Sequence record: NC_110934.1
Reading direction: 5' to 3' (one strand)
Source of the DNA: Klebsiella phage KPP2018
Length of the DNA: 64,000 nucleotides
Numbering within the stretch: position 1 is the stretch's first letter; each line of letters opens with the position of its first letter. The notes below the pieces were generated by a model that ran no database searches, was not told where the DNA came from, and saw only the letters and a list, made by a program, of their open reading frames with translations. The translations under genes and the position numbers were made by a program. Below are positions 25,487 through 33,999 of the stretch, piece after piece.

Positions 25487-25563
25487 TGGGGTGGCTAGTG
25501 GAATTCGAATCCACATAGGCCTGATTCACAATCAGGATCATTAACCAATTATGATATAGCCAC
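25487..25563 (-). tRNA. tRNA-His (GUG)
   Basis: Acceptor GUGGCUA/UAGCCAC, anticodon stem CCUGA/UCAGG loop UUGUGAA, T-arm GUGGA-UUCGAAU-UCCAC, C-CCA. Confidence 0.8.
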
Positions 25564-25931
25564 AATTGAAAACTCGCAGGGTTAGCGAAACCTTCCTCAA
25601 TTAGCATGTTCTAGAATACTAATCAAGTTATCTCCTATTGCACGCAGCTCAAGACGAGTACGAATTTTCAATTGTGGCGGCTCTCCGAAACTCTTCTACT
25701 CTAGCCTTAGCAGCTTACTCCCGAACGCATGTCGGGAAAGTCTTACTAAGAGCATCAAATAGCACCGTTACACTTTGAGCCATAGATATATCAAGAAGCA
25801 GAAGGACTTGAACCTTCACGAGATAGACCATTTATCTCAGCCGCTTTATGAGGTATGTTGCAAGGAGTGGATGTTCCTTATAAACCTTTTAGGCAGCCCC
25901 GTCTACCGATTCCGGCATACTTCAAGAATTT

Positions 25932-26105
25932 TTATAAACCAGCAGAAGCCTCATTTAAAGCATCAACAATAGCCTCACGTTGGGTCATTCCATACCCGGT
26001 GGAATCTAGGTGTGGCAAATAAGCCTTCCATCCCTTATCTGTTTCATGAAGACATGCTTTAAATTTTGTACCATCCTTCATTGTTACAGTAACTGTTTTG
26101 CTCAT
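25932..26105 (-). CDS. hypothetical small protein (57 aa, MSKTVTVTMKDGTKFKACLHETDKGW...)
   Basis: Unlisted ORF between tRNA blocks. Confidence 0.35.
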   Translation of the reverse strand: MSKTVTVTMKDGTKFKACLHETDKGWKAYLPHLDSTGYGMTQREAIVDALNEASAGL

Positions 26106-26125
26106 AAGATTTCCTTATAGTTAAT

Positions 26126-26215
26126 TGGCAGAAGATAATGGAGTCGAACCATCACCGTATCGCTACAGCGGGCTGGTTTTCAAGACCAGTTACGTACCAC
26201 TACGTCCTATCTTCT
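26126..26215 (-). tRNA. tRNA-Ser (UGA), type II
   Basis: Acceptor AGAAGAU/AUCUUCU, anticodon loop CUUGAAA, long variable arm, T-arm GAUGG-UUCGACU-CCAUU, G-CCA. Confidence 0.8.
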
Positions 26216-26221
26216 ATTGTT

Positions 26222-26312
26222 TGGCGGAAGAGGAGAGATTTGAACTCTCAAGCCGTTTTACCAGTCAGCCACTTTCCAAGCGGTTTTCGTCGCCAATTCG
26301 ATTTGCTCTTCC
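26222..26312 (-). tRNA. tRNA-Ser (GGA), type II
   Basis: Acceptor GGAAGAG/CUCUUCC, anticodon loop UUGGAAA, long variable arm, T-arm GAGAG-UUCAAAU-CUCUC, G-CCA. Confidence 0.7.
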
Positions 26313-26349
26313 AATAATAAGATGATGCCTCTATCACACCAGGCAGTTA

Positions 26350-26420
26350 CGCCTCGCTGGGATTCGAACCCATTAAAACAGCTCAACCAAGATAGTAGGT
26401 TTAATTTACTCTGACCATCA
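26350..26420 (-). ncRNA. tRNA-like remnant (T-arm GGGUUCGAAUCCCA present, no pairing acceptor stem)
   Basis: T-arm motif but 5' half lacks complementary acceptor strand; probable pseudo-tRNA. Confidence 0.3.
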
Positions 26421-26424
26421 AATT

Positions 26425-26501
26425 TGGTGCGTGACAAGGGATTCGAACCCTCAAAACCCGACTTCTAAGGACGGTATGTATGCCAATTCCATCAATCACG
26501 C
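26425..26501 (-). tRNA. tRNA, anticodon loop CUUAGAA (UAG, Leu-like) but type-I length; paralog of the UAA tRNA at 1564-1640
   Basis: Acceptor GCGUGAU/GUCACGC, T-arm GAGGG-UUCGAAU-CCCUU, A-CCA; anticodon stem with U-U mismatch. Confidence 0.6.
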
Positions 26502-26506
26502 ATGTT

Positions 26507-26585
26507 TGGTGGAGAATAACGGAATCGAACCGTTCTGATGTCCTCGGTGCAAGCGAGGTGTCCACTCCATGCAGACCCATTCCCC
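26507..26585 (-). tRNA. tRNA-Ala (UGC)
   Basis: Acceptor GGGGAAU/AUUCUCC, anticodon stem CCUCG/CGAGG loop CUUGCAC, T-arm AACGG-UUCGAUU-CCGUU, A-CCA. Confidence 0.75.
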
Positions 26586-26844
26586 AAATTCTTTAGTTTA
26601 CTAAGGCTATTAGCTCGGCGTAACTACAGCACCTTCGCTTCAAGCGGAAGGAACCGCGTCATCTCGCAAACCCGATACACTATTCAGTTGCCGCTGAATC
26701 TAGTGGACTAATCTAGAACTTCTCCCGAATCGTAGGGATCGTGCTTTTTGGCAGCCAGTCCTAGGTCGAGCTAATACCTTAGTGAACTATGATGAGGATT
26801 TCTCCTCATCAATTTATATAAATATTATAACAAGAAATTAAGCA

Positions 26845-27213
26845 TCAAGCAAGTACATTTTTAGCGATTTCTTGTAGTTCCTTTACATCACGAACGTAAA
26901 GGTAATCAGAGCTTCCAGAGTGCATACTTTGCATAACCACACCTTCATCTGGTGCATTATCCTTCAGAGTAATTCCTAACCAGAACTCGGCAAAACTAGG
27001 TGTTATCTCACCTTGACTTGCCTTGAATACATCATATTCTGTAAGTTCTTGACCAGTAGATAATCCCAAATATACAGAACTAAGATCAATCTCTTTATGA
27101 GACTCATAAAACTCCGATAGATCCTTTTCCATATCCCAGCCATGCTGTAGCGCGAACTCCATTGTCACATGACCGAAATAACCTTGAATCTTGCTTGATA
27201 ATTGCATTTGCAA
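26845..27213 (-). CDS. hypothetical protein (122 aa)
   Basis: ORF track; promoter element 26810-26870 downstream-of-stop/upstream-of-next. Confidence 0.55.
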   Translation of the reverse strand: MQMQLSSKIQGYFGHVTMEFALQHGWDMEKDLSEFYESHKEIDLSSVYLGLSTGQELTEYDVFKASQGEITPSFAEFWLGITLKDNAPDEGVVMQSMHSGSSDYLYVRDVKELQEIAKNVLA

Positions 27214-27232
27214 TTCCTTATTTTGAGTTAAT

Positions 27233-27306
27233 TGGTACTCGGTGATAGAATCGAACTATCGCAACCGCCGTGTAAAGACGGGGTTCTCCCATTAAACTAA
27301 CCGAGC
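27233..27306 (-). tRNA. tRNA-Val (UAC)
   Basis: Acceptor GCUCGGU/ACCGAGU, anticodon stem CCGUC/GGCGG loop UUUACAC, T-arm GAUAG-UUCGAUU-CUAUC, A-CCA. Confidence 0.75.
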
Positions 27307-27310
27307 AATT

Positions 27311-27389
27311 TGGTAGATCGCCTGGGACTCGAACCCAGAACCTTCCGATTAAAAGTCGGATGCTACTAAACCTATTGAGCTAGCGATCT
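27311..27389 (-). tRNA. tRNA-Lys (UUU)
   Basis: Acceptor AGAUCGC/GCGAUCU, anticodon stem UCCGA/UCGGA loop CUUUUAA, T-arm CUGGG-UUCGAGU-CCCAG, A-CCA. Confidence 0.8.
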
Positions 27390-27578
27390 ATTAGTAACCA
27401 TTGTATACTTCTTTAATAGAGTGAACCTTCAAGTAAGGGTGATTAGTATTAAACTCTGACATTACTTCATCCCAATTTTTACCATAATGGGCAAGTAAGG
27501 ATTTTGATGTATTCTTACCTGAACGTTTGTCGCTTACTACTAATCGAAATACTTTCATTTCGAAATCCCCTATTAAAA

Positions 27579-27656
27579 TGGAAGCGGGTGCAGGAATCGA
27601 ACCTACCTCTTTCTAGCTTATGAGACTAGTGATCTCTACCAGAGATCTAACCCGCA
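27579..27656 (-). tRNA. tRNA-Met/Ile2 (CAU), with U1-U72 mismatch
   Basis: Anticodon stem CUAGU/GCUAG loop CUCAUAA, T-arm GUAGG-UUCGAUU-CCUGC, U-CCA. Confidence 0.6.
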
Positions 27657-27662
27657 ATTGTT

Positions 27663-27738
27663 TGGTCAGTGCGGCAGGACTCGAACCTGCGACCCGAAGC
27701 ATCCAAGGCTCCCACGCTACCAACTGCGCTACGCACTG
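27663..27738 (-). tRNA. tRNA-Pro (UGG)
   Basis: Acceptor CAGUGCG/CGCACUG, anticodon loop CUUGGAU, T-arm GCAGG-UUCGAGU-CCUGC, A-CCA. Confidence 0.75.
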
Positions 27739-28400
27739 TTAATTCTTTTATTGTGGAGGAATATTAATAATTCGTCCGTCTACACAATAAACGGTACTAG
27801 GAATTGTACTATATATATGTAGAAATTCTTTATATTACTCTCCCCGCCACAGAAATTTTTAGCAAATTCATACTCTTTATTAATGGTTGAGTCAAATTTA
27901 AAACAACCAGTAAGTAGGAATACAGATAGTAATAAAATTTTCTTCATTTAGCTTTCCTTCTCTTCACTTTATAAAATATATTATACAGATAATTAAGCAG
28001 AATAGCAAATGAATTTTTAATAAATTTACTTATTGTGTAGGCCACCTGGAGGCTACCAACCCCACGGCTGACAAAGAAGTTTGCGAGACCTCTCTTAAAT
28101 GCCAGAATAGATCCGCCGATCTATCGGAACCTACATAATAAGTAAACTTTATAGTGTCATTCTAGACAGGACTCGAACCTGTTATCACTTGTGCGGACTT
28201 ACGAGAACCATTCTTTCACTCGAATCGAACGAGCTTCTGCCCTCGCCAAGCTGGTTTCCCCGTCAACCACGCTAGAATGTTTAATTGTTTTCAGTGCAAG
28301 AGTCCGAGTCTTGGACACGACCGCTTCGCAAGTACATAGGCAGCTTATCATGAATCAGCACTTCCGAATTGCTAGCTCCGTGTTCTGCACTGAAATTTTA

Positions 28401-28748
28401 TTAGTTTAACCGTAAAGTATTATCTACTTCACCATTAATTGTTCGGCATTCTTCTGGGATTGCCGGGGTGGCCTTGTATTCCCACCATTCAGAACCGTCA
28501 TATTCACCACGTTCTAACCAAGTTCCATCAGTAAACCATACGTTACCATAAAGCAATTGTCCACCGAAACCAGAATCATATTTAAAGTCTAGATTATTTA
28601 GAAAATCTTCAATATCTTTTTCTGTATAACCTACGGGTAATACCCAAACTTCTTTGTCCCCATAATAACCGAATTCTATCTTAATACACTTAACTTCAGA
28701 CTTAGTATTCTTTAGGGCAAGTAACAACTCTTCTTTAGCATTAATCAT
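28401..28748 (-). CDS. hypothetical protein (115 aa)
   Basis: ORF track. Confidence 0.55.
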   Translation of the reverse strand: MINAKEELLLALKNTKSEVKCIKIEFGYYGDKEVWVLPVGYTEKDIEDFLNNLDFKYDSGFGGQLLYGNVWFTDGTWLERGEYDGSEWWEYKATPAIPEECRTINGEVDNTLRLN

Positions 28749-28774
28749 AACATATTTCTCGTGCTAGTTTAATT

Positions 28775-28851
28775 TGGCGCGACCGATGGGATTCGAACCC
28801 ACATTCTCTCCCGTGACAGGGGAGTACCATTACCAAGCCAGCCCCGGTCGC
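28775..28851 (-). tRNA. tRNA-Asp (GUC)
   Basis: Acceptor GCGACCG/CGGUCGC, anticodon stem CUCCC/GGGAG loop CUGUCAC, T-arm GUGGG-UUCGAAU-CCCAU, G-CCA. Confidence 0.8.
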
Positions 28852-28860
28852 ATAATTCAT

Positions 28861-29046
28861 TTACTCAGCTTTGAGTTTTTCAATAGCTGCATTAAGTTCC
28901 TTAAGAAACTCTTTTCGTACATTAAGACGATTAAGACTTACTAGTATATCATGTTTAAGTTCTTCGATATATTTCTTCTCAACTTCAATATTGTTGATAG
29001 TGCTATCACGATGAACTTCTAGCTGCGCAATTACATTCTTGGACAT
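28861..29046 (-). CDS. hypothetical coiled-coil protein (61 aa)
   Basis: ORF track. Confidence 0.4.
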   Translation of the reverse strand: MSKNVIAQLEVHRDSTINNIEVEKKYIEELKHDILVSLNRLNVRKEFLKELNAAIEKLKAE

Positions 29047-29071
29047 GCTTGTTTCCTCAGTTATTAATAAA

Positions 29072-29147
29072 AATGGTATCTGTGGCTGAATTCGATATCA
29101 GCAATGATAGCTGGTTGGCTACCGGTTTACTTAACTCTACACAGAAT
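29072..29147 (-). ncRNA. tRNA-like gene with aberrant T-loop and U1-U72 mismatch (anticodon arm unclear)
   Basis: Acceptor UUCUGUG/CACAGAU + A-CCA and T-arm GCUGA..UCAGC present, anticodon arm non-canonical. Confidence 0.35.
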
Positions 29148-29148
29148 T

Positions 29149-29231
29149 TGGCGGGCCGTGTAGGATTCGAACCTACGTTGTCTTTCGACATGGATTAACA
29201 GTCCACCGCCAAACCGCTTGGCTAACGACCC
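29149..29231 (-). tRNA. tRNA-Asn (GUU) with extended variable region
   Basis: Acceptor GGGUCGU/ACGGCCC, anticodon stem GUGGA/UCCAU loop CUGUUAA, T-arm GUAGG-UUCGAAU-CCUAC, G-CCA; 83 nt. Confidence 0.65.
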
Positions 29232-29383
29232 TAAATTTATATTGCTGACTAGGATTTTCACCTAGACGGAGTTAGCACCGTAGCGTGTAGCGGCATACCC
29301 CTCCAAACCGTGCCTCATCTTTCAATTACGGAGACAGTGTTCCTACGCGTGCCTGAATTGATTTAACAATTCTTTCAGCAAAT

Positions 29384-29459
29384 TGGACGACCGCATGAGA
29401 TTTGAACTCACATAAGAAGGATTTGCAATCCTTCTCCTAAGCCATTCAGCCAACGGTCG
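29384..29459 (-). tRNA. tRNA-Cys (GCA)
   Basis: Acceptor CGACCGU/GCGGUCG, anticodon stem AAGGA/UCCUU loop UUGCAAA, T-arm GUGAG-UUCAAAU-CUCAU, U-CCA; driven by conserved promoter at 29480-29555. Confidence 0.75.
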
Positions 29460-29528
29460 ATTTATCTTGTTCTGTCATGTTGCTCCCCCAGTTCAATTTA
29501 TGTAATTATTATACAGAACTTTTGGAAA

Positions 29529-29816
29529 CTAAGCAACTACATTTTTTAAGAATTTGATGCCTTTCTTTCTCTTCTTATATTTCCACGTTAATGGATTCTG
29601 TCGATTATGAACACTTGAGATCTTTGTCTCATCAAAGTTCTTCAATATCATGTAATCACAAGATAGTTGTTCTAATGGAATGTGATCACCGTCAAAAGCG
29701 TGTACATAAGGTTGTTGACTAGCACGATAATGATAGACTTTGTTAATTCTACGTTTCAGCGACTTATCCGCGCAGTAAATAAAGAAGTTTTCAGGATGCA
29801 TCAGCAGCTCCTTCAA
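29529..29816 (-). CDS. hypothetical protein (95 aa), repeat copy 2 of 65-352
   Basis: Identical to copy 1. Confidence 0.5.
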   Translation of the reverse strand: MKELLMHPENFFIYCADKSLKRRINKVYHYRASQQPYVHAFDGDHIPLEQLSCDYMILKNFDETKISSVHNRQNPLTWKYKKRKKGIKFLKNVVA

Positions 29817-29818
29817 TT

Positions 29819-29893
29819 TGGTGCACCCTGTTCGTATCGAACGAACCTCTCAAGCTCTTCAGGCAAGCGCTAATCCATCTCAGCTAAAGGTGC
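29819..29893 (-). tRNA. tRNA (GAA, Phe-like), copy 2
   Basis: Identical to 355-429. Confidence 0.65.
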
Positions 29894-29979
29894 AAATTTT
29901 GGCAGGGGTAAAGGTATTCGAAACCTTTTCATGGGTTTTGGAGGCCCATTTGCAACCTATGCGTACCCCAATTATTAAT

Positions 29980-30054
29980 TGGCACACCCAACGAGGATCG
30001 AACTCGTGTTCCCACTGTGAAAGAGTGGTGTCCTAACCGCTAGACGATAGGTGC
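29980..30054 (-). tRNA. tRNA-Glu (UUC), copy 2
   Basis: Identical to 516-590. Confidence 0.85.
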
Positions 30055-30061
30055 ATTAAAT

Positions 30062-30149
30062 TGGTGGGGAAAGATGGAGTCGAACCACCCGAGTCGCAAT
30101 GACAACTGATTTACAGTCAGCTCTGCTACCACTTACAGAATATTTCCCC
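30062..30149 (-). tRNA. tRNA-Tyr (GUA), copy 2
   Basis: Identical to 598-685. Confidence 0.8.
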
Positions 30150-30279
30150 ATATTTAGAAGTATTCAAAAATTCTCATTTAAACACTTTTAAATATGTTTC
30201 CAAATTAGATAAATATTATATCAAGTTTTATAGTATTGGGCAAGTCAAATTTTAAAGAACTTGCCCAATGCTGTATTAG

Positions 30280-30555
30280 TTAGTCGAACTTAGGAGTGAC
30301 AGTTAAGGAGAACGGAAGTTCAAAAACTTCTTCGCCCTCATCACTAATAGTGATTACACGACCTTTAAGTTCAGACATTGAAATATCAATATCAGCTTTT
30401 GCATCTGGAGCCATGCCAGCTTCAATACATTTAGCTTTAATTTCCGGCAGAAGTTCTACATCGTAGAAATAAAGCCATTCAATCTCACCTTCCCAGCCTT
30501 CCCAGGATTTACAGATTGCACTTTCAATACCAGCAGCTATAACACGATTTTGCAT
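30280..30555 (-). CDS. hypothetical protein (91 aa), copy 2
   Basis: Identical to 816-1091. Confidence 0.55.
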   Translation of the reverse strand: MQNRVIAAGIESAICKSWEGWEGEIEWLYFYDVELLPEIKAKCIEAGMAPDAKADIDISMSELKGRVITISDEGEEVFELPFSLTVTPKFD

Positions 30556-30645
30556 TCGTTAACTCCTTCATCAATTTATATAACTATTATATCAGAAATT
30601 TAAAGCAAAAGGCAAGTACATTTTTAAAAATTCTGTTTGGAGGAG

Positions 30646-30852
30646 CTAAACTCCAGATTCTTCAGCCAAGTCTAGACTAATAAGAGATATAGCCATAATT
30701 GCTGCTCCGTGCTCTTTTTCTCCAGTCTCTTTAGCTAGAGTTATAATATCAAGAAATTGCTTATGAAAATCTGCAACCTCTTGAGTTATACCTGCCTCAG
30801 CAATCATGCCTTTAAGCATGAAGCGTTGTGCGGTAATTTCAGGATTAGCCAT
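30646..30852 (-). CDS. hypothetical protein (68 aa), copy 2
   Basis: Identical to 1182-1388. Confidence 0.5.
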   Translation of the reverse strand: MANPEITAQRFMLKGMIAEAGITQEVADFHKQFLDIITLAKETGEKEHGAAIMAISLISLDLAEESGV

Positions 30853-31027
30853 GTTGTTTCTCCAGTTTCATCTTTAATAGTCTACAAATAAAATCAATGT
30901 CTTCATCCGTGCCTAGATCTCTATCTTCAAGGGTTGCCTTGAAGTTTTTAGTCAATTCCATGAGAATAACTTCTCTAGAACGACGTGTTGGCGGAGGTGG
31001 ATGTCTATACATCTTATTTCCTTAATT

Positions 31028-31104
31028 TGGTAGGGGTGGTGGGATTCGAACCCACAAAACCTGAATTTTAAGTCCAGTACCTATGCCAATTCGATTACAC
31101 CCCC
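31028..31104 (-). tRNA. tRNA (UAA, Leu-like, type-I length), copy 2
   Basis: Identical to 1564-1640. Confidence 0.6.
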
Positions 31105-31111
31105 ATGTAGT

Positions 31112-31300
31112 TTAGTCAATTACTTTTGAGGCTTCAAGGTAGTCGATATAGTGTACGTTTTCTACCGTAATCATATAATCCGCCACTTTATCCATAGCTT
31201 GGGCTTCAGAGGTAGCTCTGGCTAACCTATATCCTTTTCTATACTCATCCGGGTATTCTCTATCTTGAATAAACACAACATAAACTATATATAGATCCAT
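31112..31300 (-). CDS. hypothetical protein (62 aa), copy 2
   Basis: Identical to 1648-1836. Confidence 0.45.
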   Translation of the reverse strand: MDLYIVYVVFIQDREYPDEYRKGYRLARATSEAQAMDKVADYMITVENVHYIDYLEASKVID

Positions 31301-31319
31301 TTGTGACCTCTATTTAATT

Positions 31320-31397
31320 TGGTGGCTCCCCGAGGATTCGAACCTACGTACCTTCCGGTTATGAGCCGGGTGCTCATACCATATGAGCTTGAGAACC
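31320..31397 (-). tRNA. tRNA-Met/Ile2 (CAU), copy 2
   Basis: Identical to 1856-1933. Confidence 0.65.
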
Positions 31398-31403
31398 AAA
31401 ATC

Positions 31404-31492
31404 TGGCGGAAGAAGTGGGAATCGAACCCACAAGGCTATATTTCAAACCGACAGATTAGCAATCTGCTGCAATACCATTATGCTATTCTTCC
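31404..31492 (-). tRNA. tRNA-Ser (GCU), copy 2
   Basis: Identical to 1940-2028. Confidence 0.8.
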
Positions 31493-31513
31493 GAATTTAT
31501 AAGATATATTATA

Positions 31514-32035
31514 TTAGAAATTTAGCTTCATAGCAAGAAAATTTTTCAAGTTTTCGGTAGACATCTCATCCACATCTACAGGAGAAACAAATCCATTTAA
31601 TTGTCTAGCAAACTTTTCACCAGCAGGATCATTGTCCCCAACAGCTACCAATTTAAAAGGTAGTAATTTCAGTTGCTTTAATAACGCTTTTCCTGGAGAA
31701 GAACCCAACATTGCCAGGGCTGGATAACCCGCATTATGTAATGCAACTGCCTTAAATACAGATTCAGCAATCAATACTACTTTTTCATCCCCATTGAGAG
31801 TTTCTAGTCCCCATACACACTGTGTAGTAGAATAAGTAAAGTATTTAGCTTCAAAGGGGCACTTACCATGACCTTTTGGAGCAGAAGGATTATAAGTTTG
31901 ATAGCCCCTCAACATTCCAGAGAAATCATACAACGGGACTGTTAGCCACCCTTCCGGACTTAACCAGCAATGATATTTATCTGTATCAAATCCTCTAGAT
32001 AAGAGGTGCTGTGTTAGCTCATCAACATTCATATT
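31514..32035 (-). CDS. Toprim-domain protein, copy 2
   Basis: Identical to 2050-2571. Confidence 0.6.
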   Translation of the reverse strand, partial: NMNVDELTQHLLSRGFDTDKYHCWLSPEGWLTVPLYDFSGMLRGYQTYNPSAPKGHGKCPFEAKYFTYSTTQCVWGLETLNGDEKVVLIAESVFKAVALHNAGYPALAMLGSSPGKALLKQLKLLPFKLVAVGDNDPAGEKFARQLNGFVSPVDVDEMSTENLKNFLAMKLNF

Positions 32036-32208
32036 TGGTTCCTCTCTCAAATTTATAGATATATTATACAGAGAATTTAGCATTCAAGCAATCAAATTTT
32101 TTAACTTTTTAGAGGAAAATCATAGGGCACTTAAGGGTAGCAGATAAGTGGTGAGGACCAAAATTTGTGACCCCACTAAAAATCCAGGGGCAATTTTTAA
32201 AGACCCCT

Positions 32209-32236
32209 TGACATTTTCGCTGGGGTAGTGTAAAGT
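32209..32236 (+). promoter_or_regulatory. sigma70-like promoter (TTGACA-16-TAAAGT) of Gly-rich/Q-rich/Cys-rich operon, copy 2
   Basis: Identical to 2745-2772. Confidence 0.55.
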
Positions 32237-32298
32237 ATATGTTATGGATGAGTGATCAAAGAGACACACATTTTCTATATACTAGGAGGTGTCAAAAA

Positions 32299-33291
32299 AT
32301 GACAGAAGAAGTAGCTAAGAGTCCTGAGACCGTCGCTAGCGTTGCAGCAGAACTGCACCGTCACGAGGAATCAGATAAGAAAAAGTGGGAGAAGGTCAGA
32401 GCCTACGAAGAGAAACATCGTGAACACGATGAAGATGATGAAGAAGATGACGATGATGAGTATTGTCATAAATATGGAAAACGTAAAATGCAAGAACCAG
32501 TAAACGTATTCACTAGTGGCTTCCCTGGCCTAATGGGTGGTTACCCAGCAAACGCAGGTGCTTTCGGTGGTGAAGGTATGGGACTATTCGGAGCTATCCT
32601 AATCGGTGCTCTATTAACAGGCGGATTCGGTGGTTTTGGTGGATTTGGTGGACGTGGTGTAGTTGGTGAAGGTACCGCAGTTGATGCAGTACTTCAGAAC
32701 CAAGATACCGCTAGTATTCTAGCAGCTATTAACACTACTCGTACAGAAGCTAACCAGGGTACTGGAGCTGTTTTAAGCGCAGTTAACAATGGTTTTAGCC
32801 AGACATCCCAAAACCAGAGCCGTGATACTCAGTCTGTACTAACTACGATCTATGGTACGGGTGCTAATCTGTCTAATCAAATCTGCCAGGAAACTCGCAA
32901 CGTTATTCAGGGTCAGTTCGATCTTTCTCGCCAGATTGATCAATCTTTCGCAGCTAACCAGATAGCTCGTGCACAAGATAAGTTTGATTCTGCACAGATC
33001 GCTTTCCAGCAGACTTTACAAACTAATAACCAGTTTGCCGCTGTTCAGGCTCAGATGTGTGCTAACCAGAACTCTCTGGAACGTCAGATCGCTGAATGTT
33101 GCTGTGAACTTCAGACTGCGATCGCTGGTGTAACTACTGCGCGTATCCAGGATGAGTTAGACGCATGTCGCCTACGTGAAGCAATCGCTGCGGGTAGCGG
33201 TGCTAACGGTCAGGTAATTAATCAAATCGCTTTAAGTCTTGGTGCTATCACTCAGACTCTGGCTGGTCTGCAGGCTAAACTGCCGGCTTAA
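32299..33291 (+). CDS. Gly-zipper membrane protein with acidic N-terminus and Q/N/S/T-rich coiled C-terminal domain (331 aa)
   Basis: RBS AGGAGG; acidic DEDDEEDDDDE stretch, hydrophobic GLFGAILIGALLTGGFGGFGGFGG segment, then QN-rich low-complexity domain with CCC motif; ~50% GC vs ~38% background. Confidence 0.65.
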   Translation: MTEEVAKSPETVASVAAELHRHEESDKKKWEKVRAYEEKHREHDEDDEEDDDDEYCHKYGKRKMQEPVNVFTSGFPGLMGGYPANAGAFGGEGMGLFGAILIGALLTGGFGGFGGFGGRGVVGEGTAVDAVLQNQDTASILAAINTTRTEANQGTGAVLSAVNNGFSQTSQNQSRDTQSVLTTIYGTGANLSNQICQETRNVIQGQFDLSRQIDQSFAANQIARAQDKFDSAQIAFQQTLQTNNQFAAVQAQMCANQNSLERQIAECCCELQTAIAGVTTARIQDELDACRLREAIAAGSGANGQVINQIALSLGAITQTLAGLQAKLPA

Positions 33292-33312
33292 TATTAATGG
33301 GAGGAGCCCATT

Positions 33313-33729
33313 ATGAGTAAATATGGTTTTGTAAATAACGGACTTAATCAAAGTATGGGCTCCCAGCAGCCCATTCCGGGTCTGGATAACCCCTACTTAC
33401 AACAATTGCAACAGCGTTTAGCAGAAGCGCAACAGATGCAGCAACAACTCCAGCAAAACCCTGGAAGTGTGAGTCCTATGCAAATGATGCAGCAAATGAG
33501 CGGGCAGTCGCAAATGCCCCAACAAATGCAGCAACAGATGCCGCAGCAGCAAGTTCAGCAACAAACCCAACAACCGCAGGTTTCTGCGGAAGGACAGGCA
33601 GTACTAGCCCTTTTCGAAGACTTCGCAAAGACAGAGGATGGGAAGCAGCTTGTATCACTTATGGGTAAGTTTAATAGCTTCTGCCAAAGCCAAGTTGCAA
33701 AAGCTCAAAATGGTGGTAATAACTCCTAA
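33313..33729 (+). CDS. poly-Q / Q-M-P-rich low-complexity protein (138 aa)
   Basis: RBS GGGAGG; QQLQQRLAEAQQMQQQLQQ..MQQQMPQQQVQQQTQQPQ; structured C-terminal ~45 aa. Confidence 0.6.
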   Translation: MSKYGFVNNGLNQSMGSQQPIPGLDNPYLQQLQQRLAEAQQMQQQLQQNPGSVSPMQMMQQMSGQSQMPQQMQQQMPQQQVQQQTQQPQVSAEGQAVLALFEDFAKTEDGKQLVSLMGKFNSFCQSQVAKAQNGGNNS

Positions 33730-33738
33730 GGAGGAATT

Positions 33739-33933
33739 ATGTGTTGCAGAAAATCTGTTTCGTGCTGCCCAATGCCTGTAGCACGTTGTTGCTCTTCAGC
33801 AATGTTTACACAAATACCGGCGTTCAATCCGTTTGCCTTTAAGCCTACTCTTATCCTGCCCCCTAGAGTAGATTTTCAGTCAAGGTTGGCCTCCCGTATG
33901 GGTGGTTGCTGTAATAAGAGTATATGGTTCTAA
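33739..33933 (+). CDS. Cys-rich peptide (64 aa) with four Cys-Cys doublets (MCCRKSVSCCPMPVARCCSS...GGCCNKSIWF)
   Basis: RBS AAGGAGG 5 nt upstream; followed by intrinsic terminator. Confidence 0.55.
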   Translation: MCCRKSVSCCPMPVARCCSSAMFTQIPAFNPFAFKPTLILPPRVDFQSRLASRMGGCCNKSIWF

Positions 33934-33944
33934 AGAACCAAACA

Positions 33945-33985
33945 ATAAAGCCCCTAGTCGAAAGACTTAGGGGCTTTTCTTTTAT
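33945..33985 (+). terminator. Rho-independent terminator (AGCCCCUAGUC-gaaa-GACUUAGGGGCU + UUUUCUUUU)
   Basis: Perfect 11-bp stem, tetraloop, U-tract. Confidence 0.75.
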
Positions 33986-33999
33986 CTTAAATACAGAAA

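Larger units (their letters stand above)
29465..33069. repeat. Large perfect direct repeat, copy 2 (native context: tRNA cluster continuing into full-length Gly-rich gene)
   Basis: Identical to 1-3605; upstream flank is tRNA-Cys, downstream continues in-frame into a 331-aa ORF. Confidence 0.95.

Noticed and set aside
33476-33658. Minus-strand ORF inside the poly-Q gene; likewise 34190-34438 (+) inside the SPFH gene and 46434-46724 (-) inside nrdA
   Set aside because: Antisense open frames created by CAG/CTG-rich or GC-rich coding sequence. They are nested in well-supported genes.
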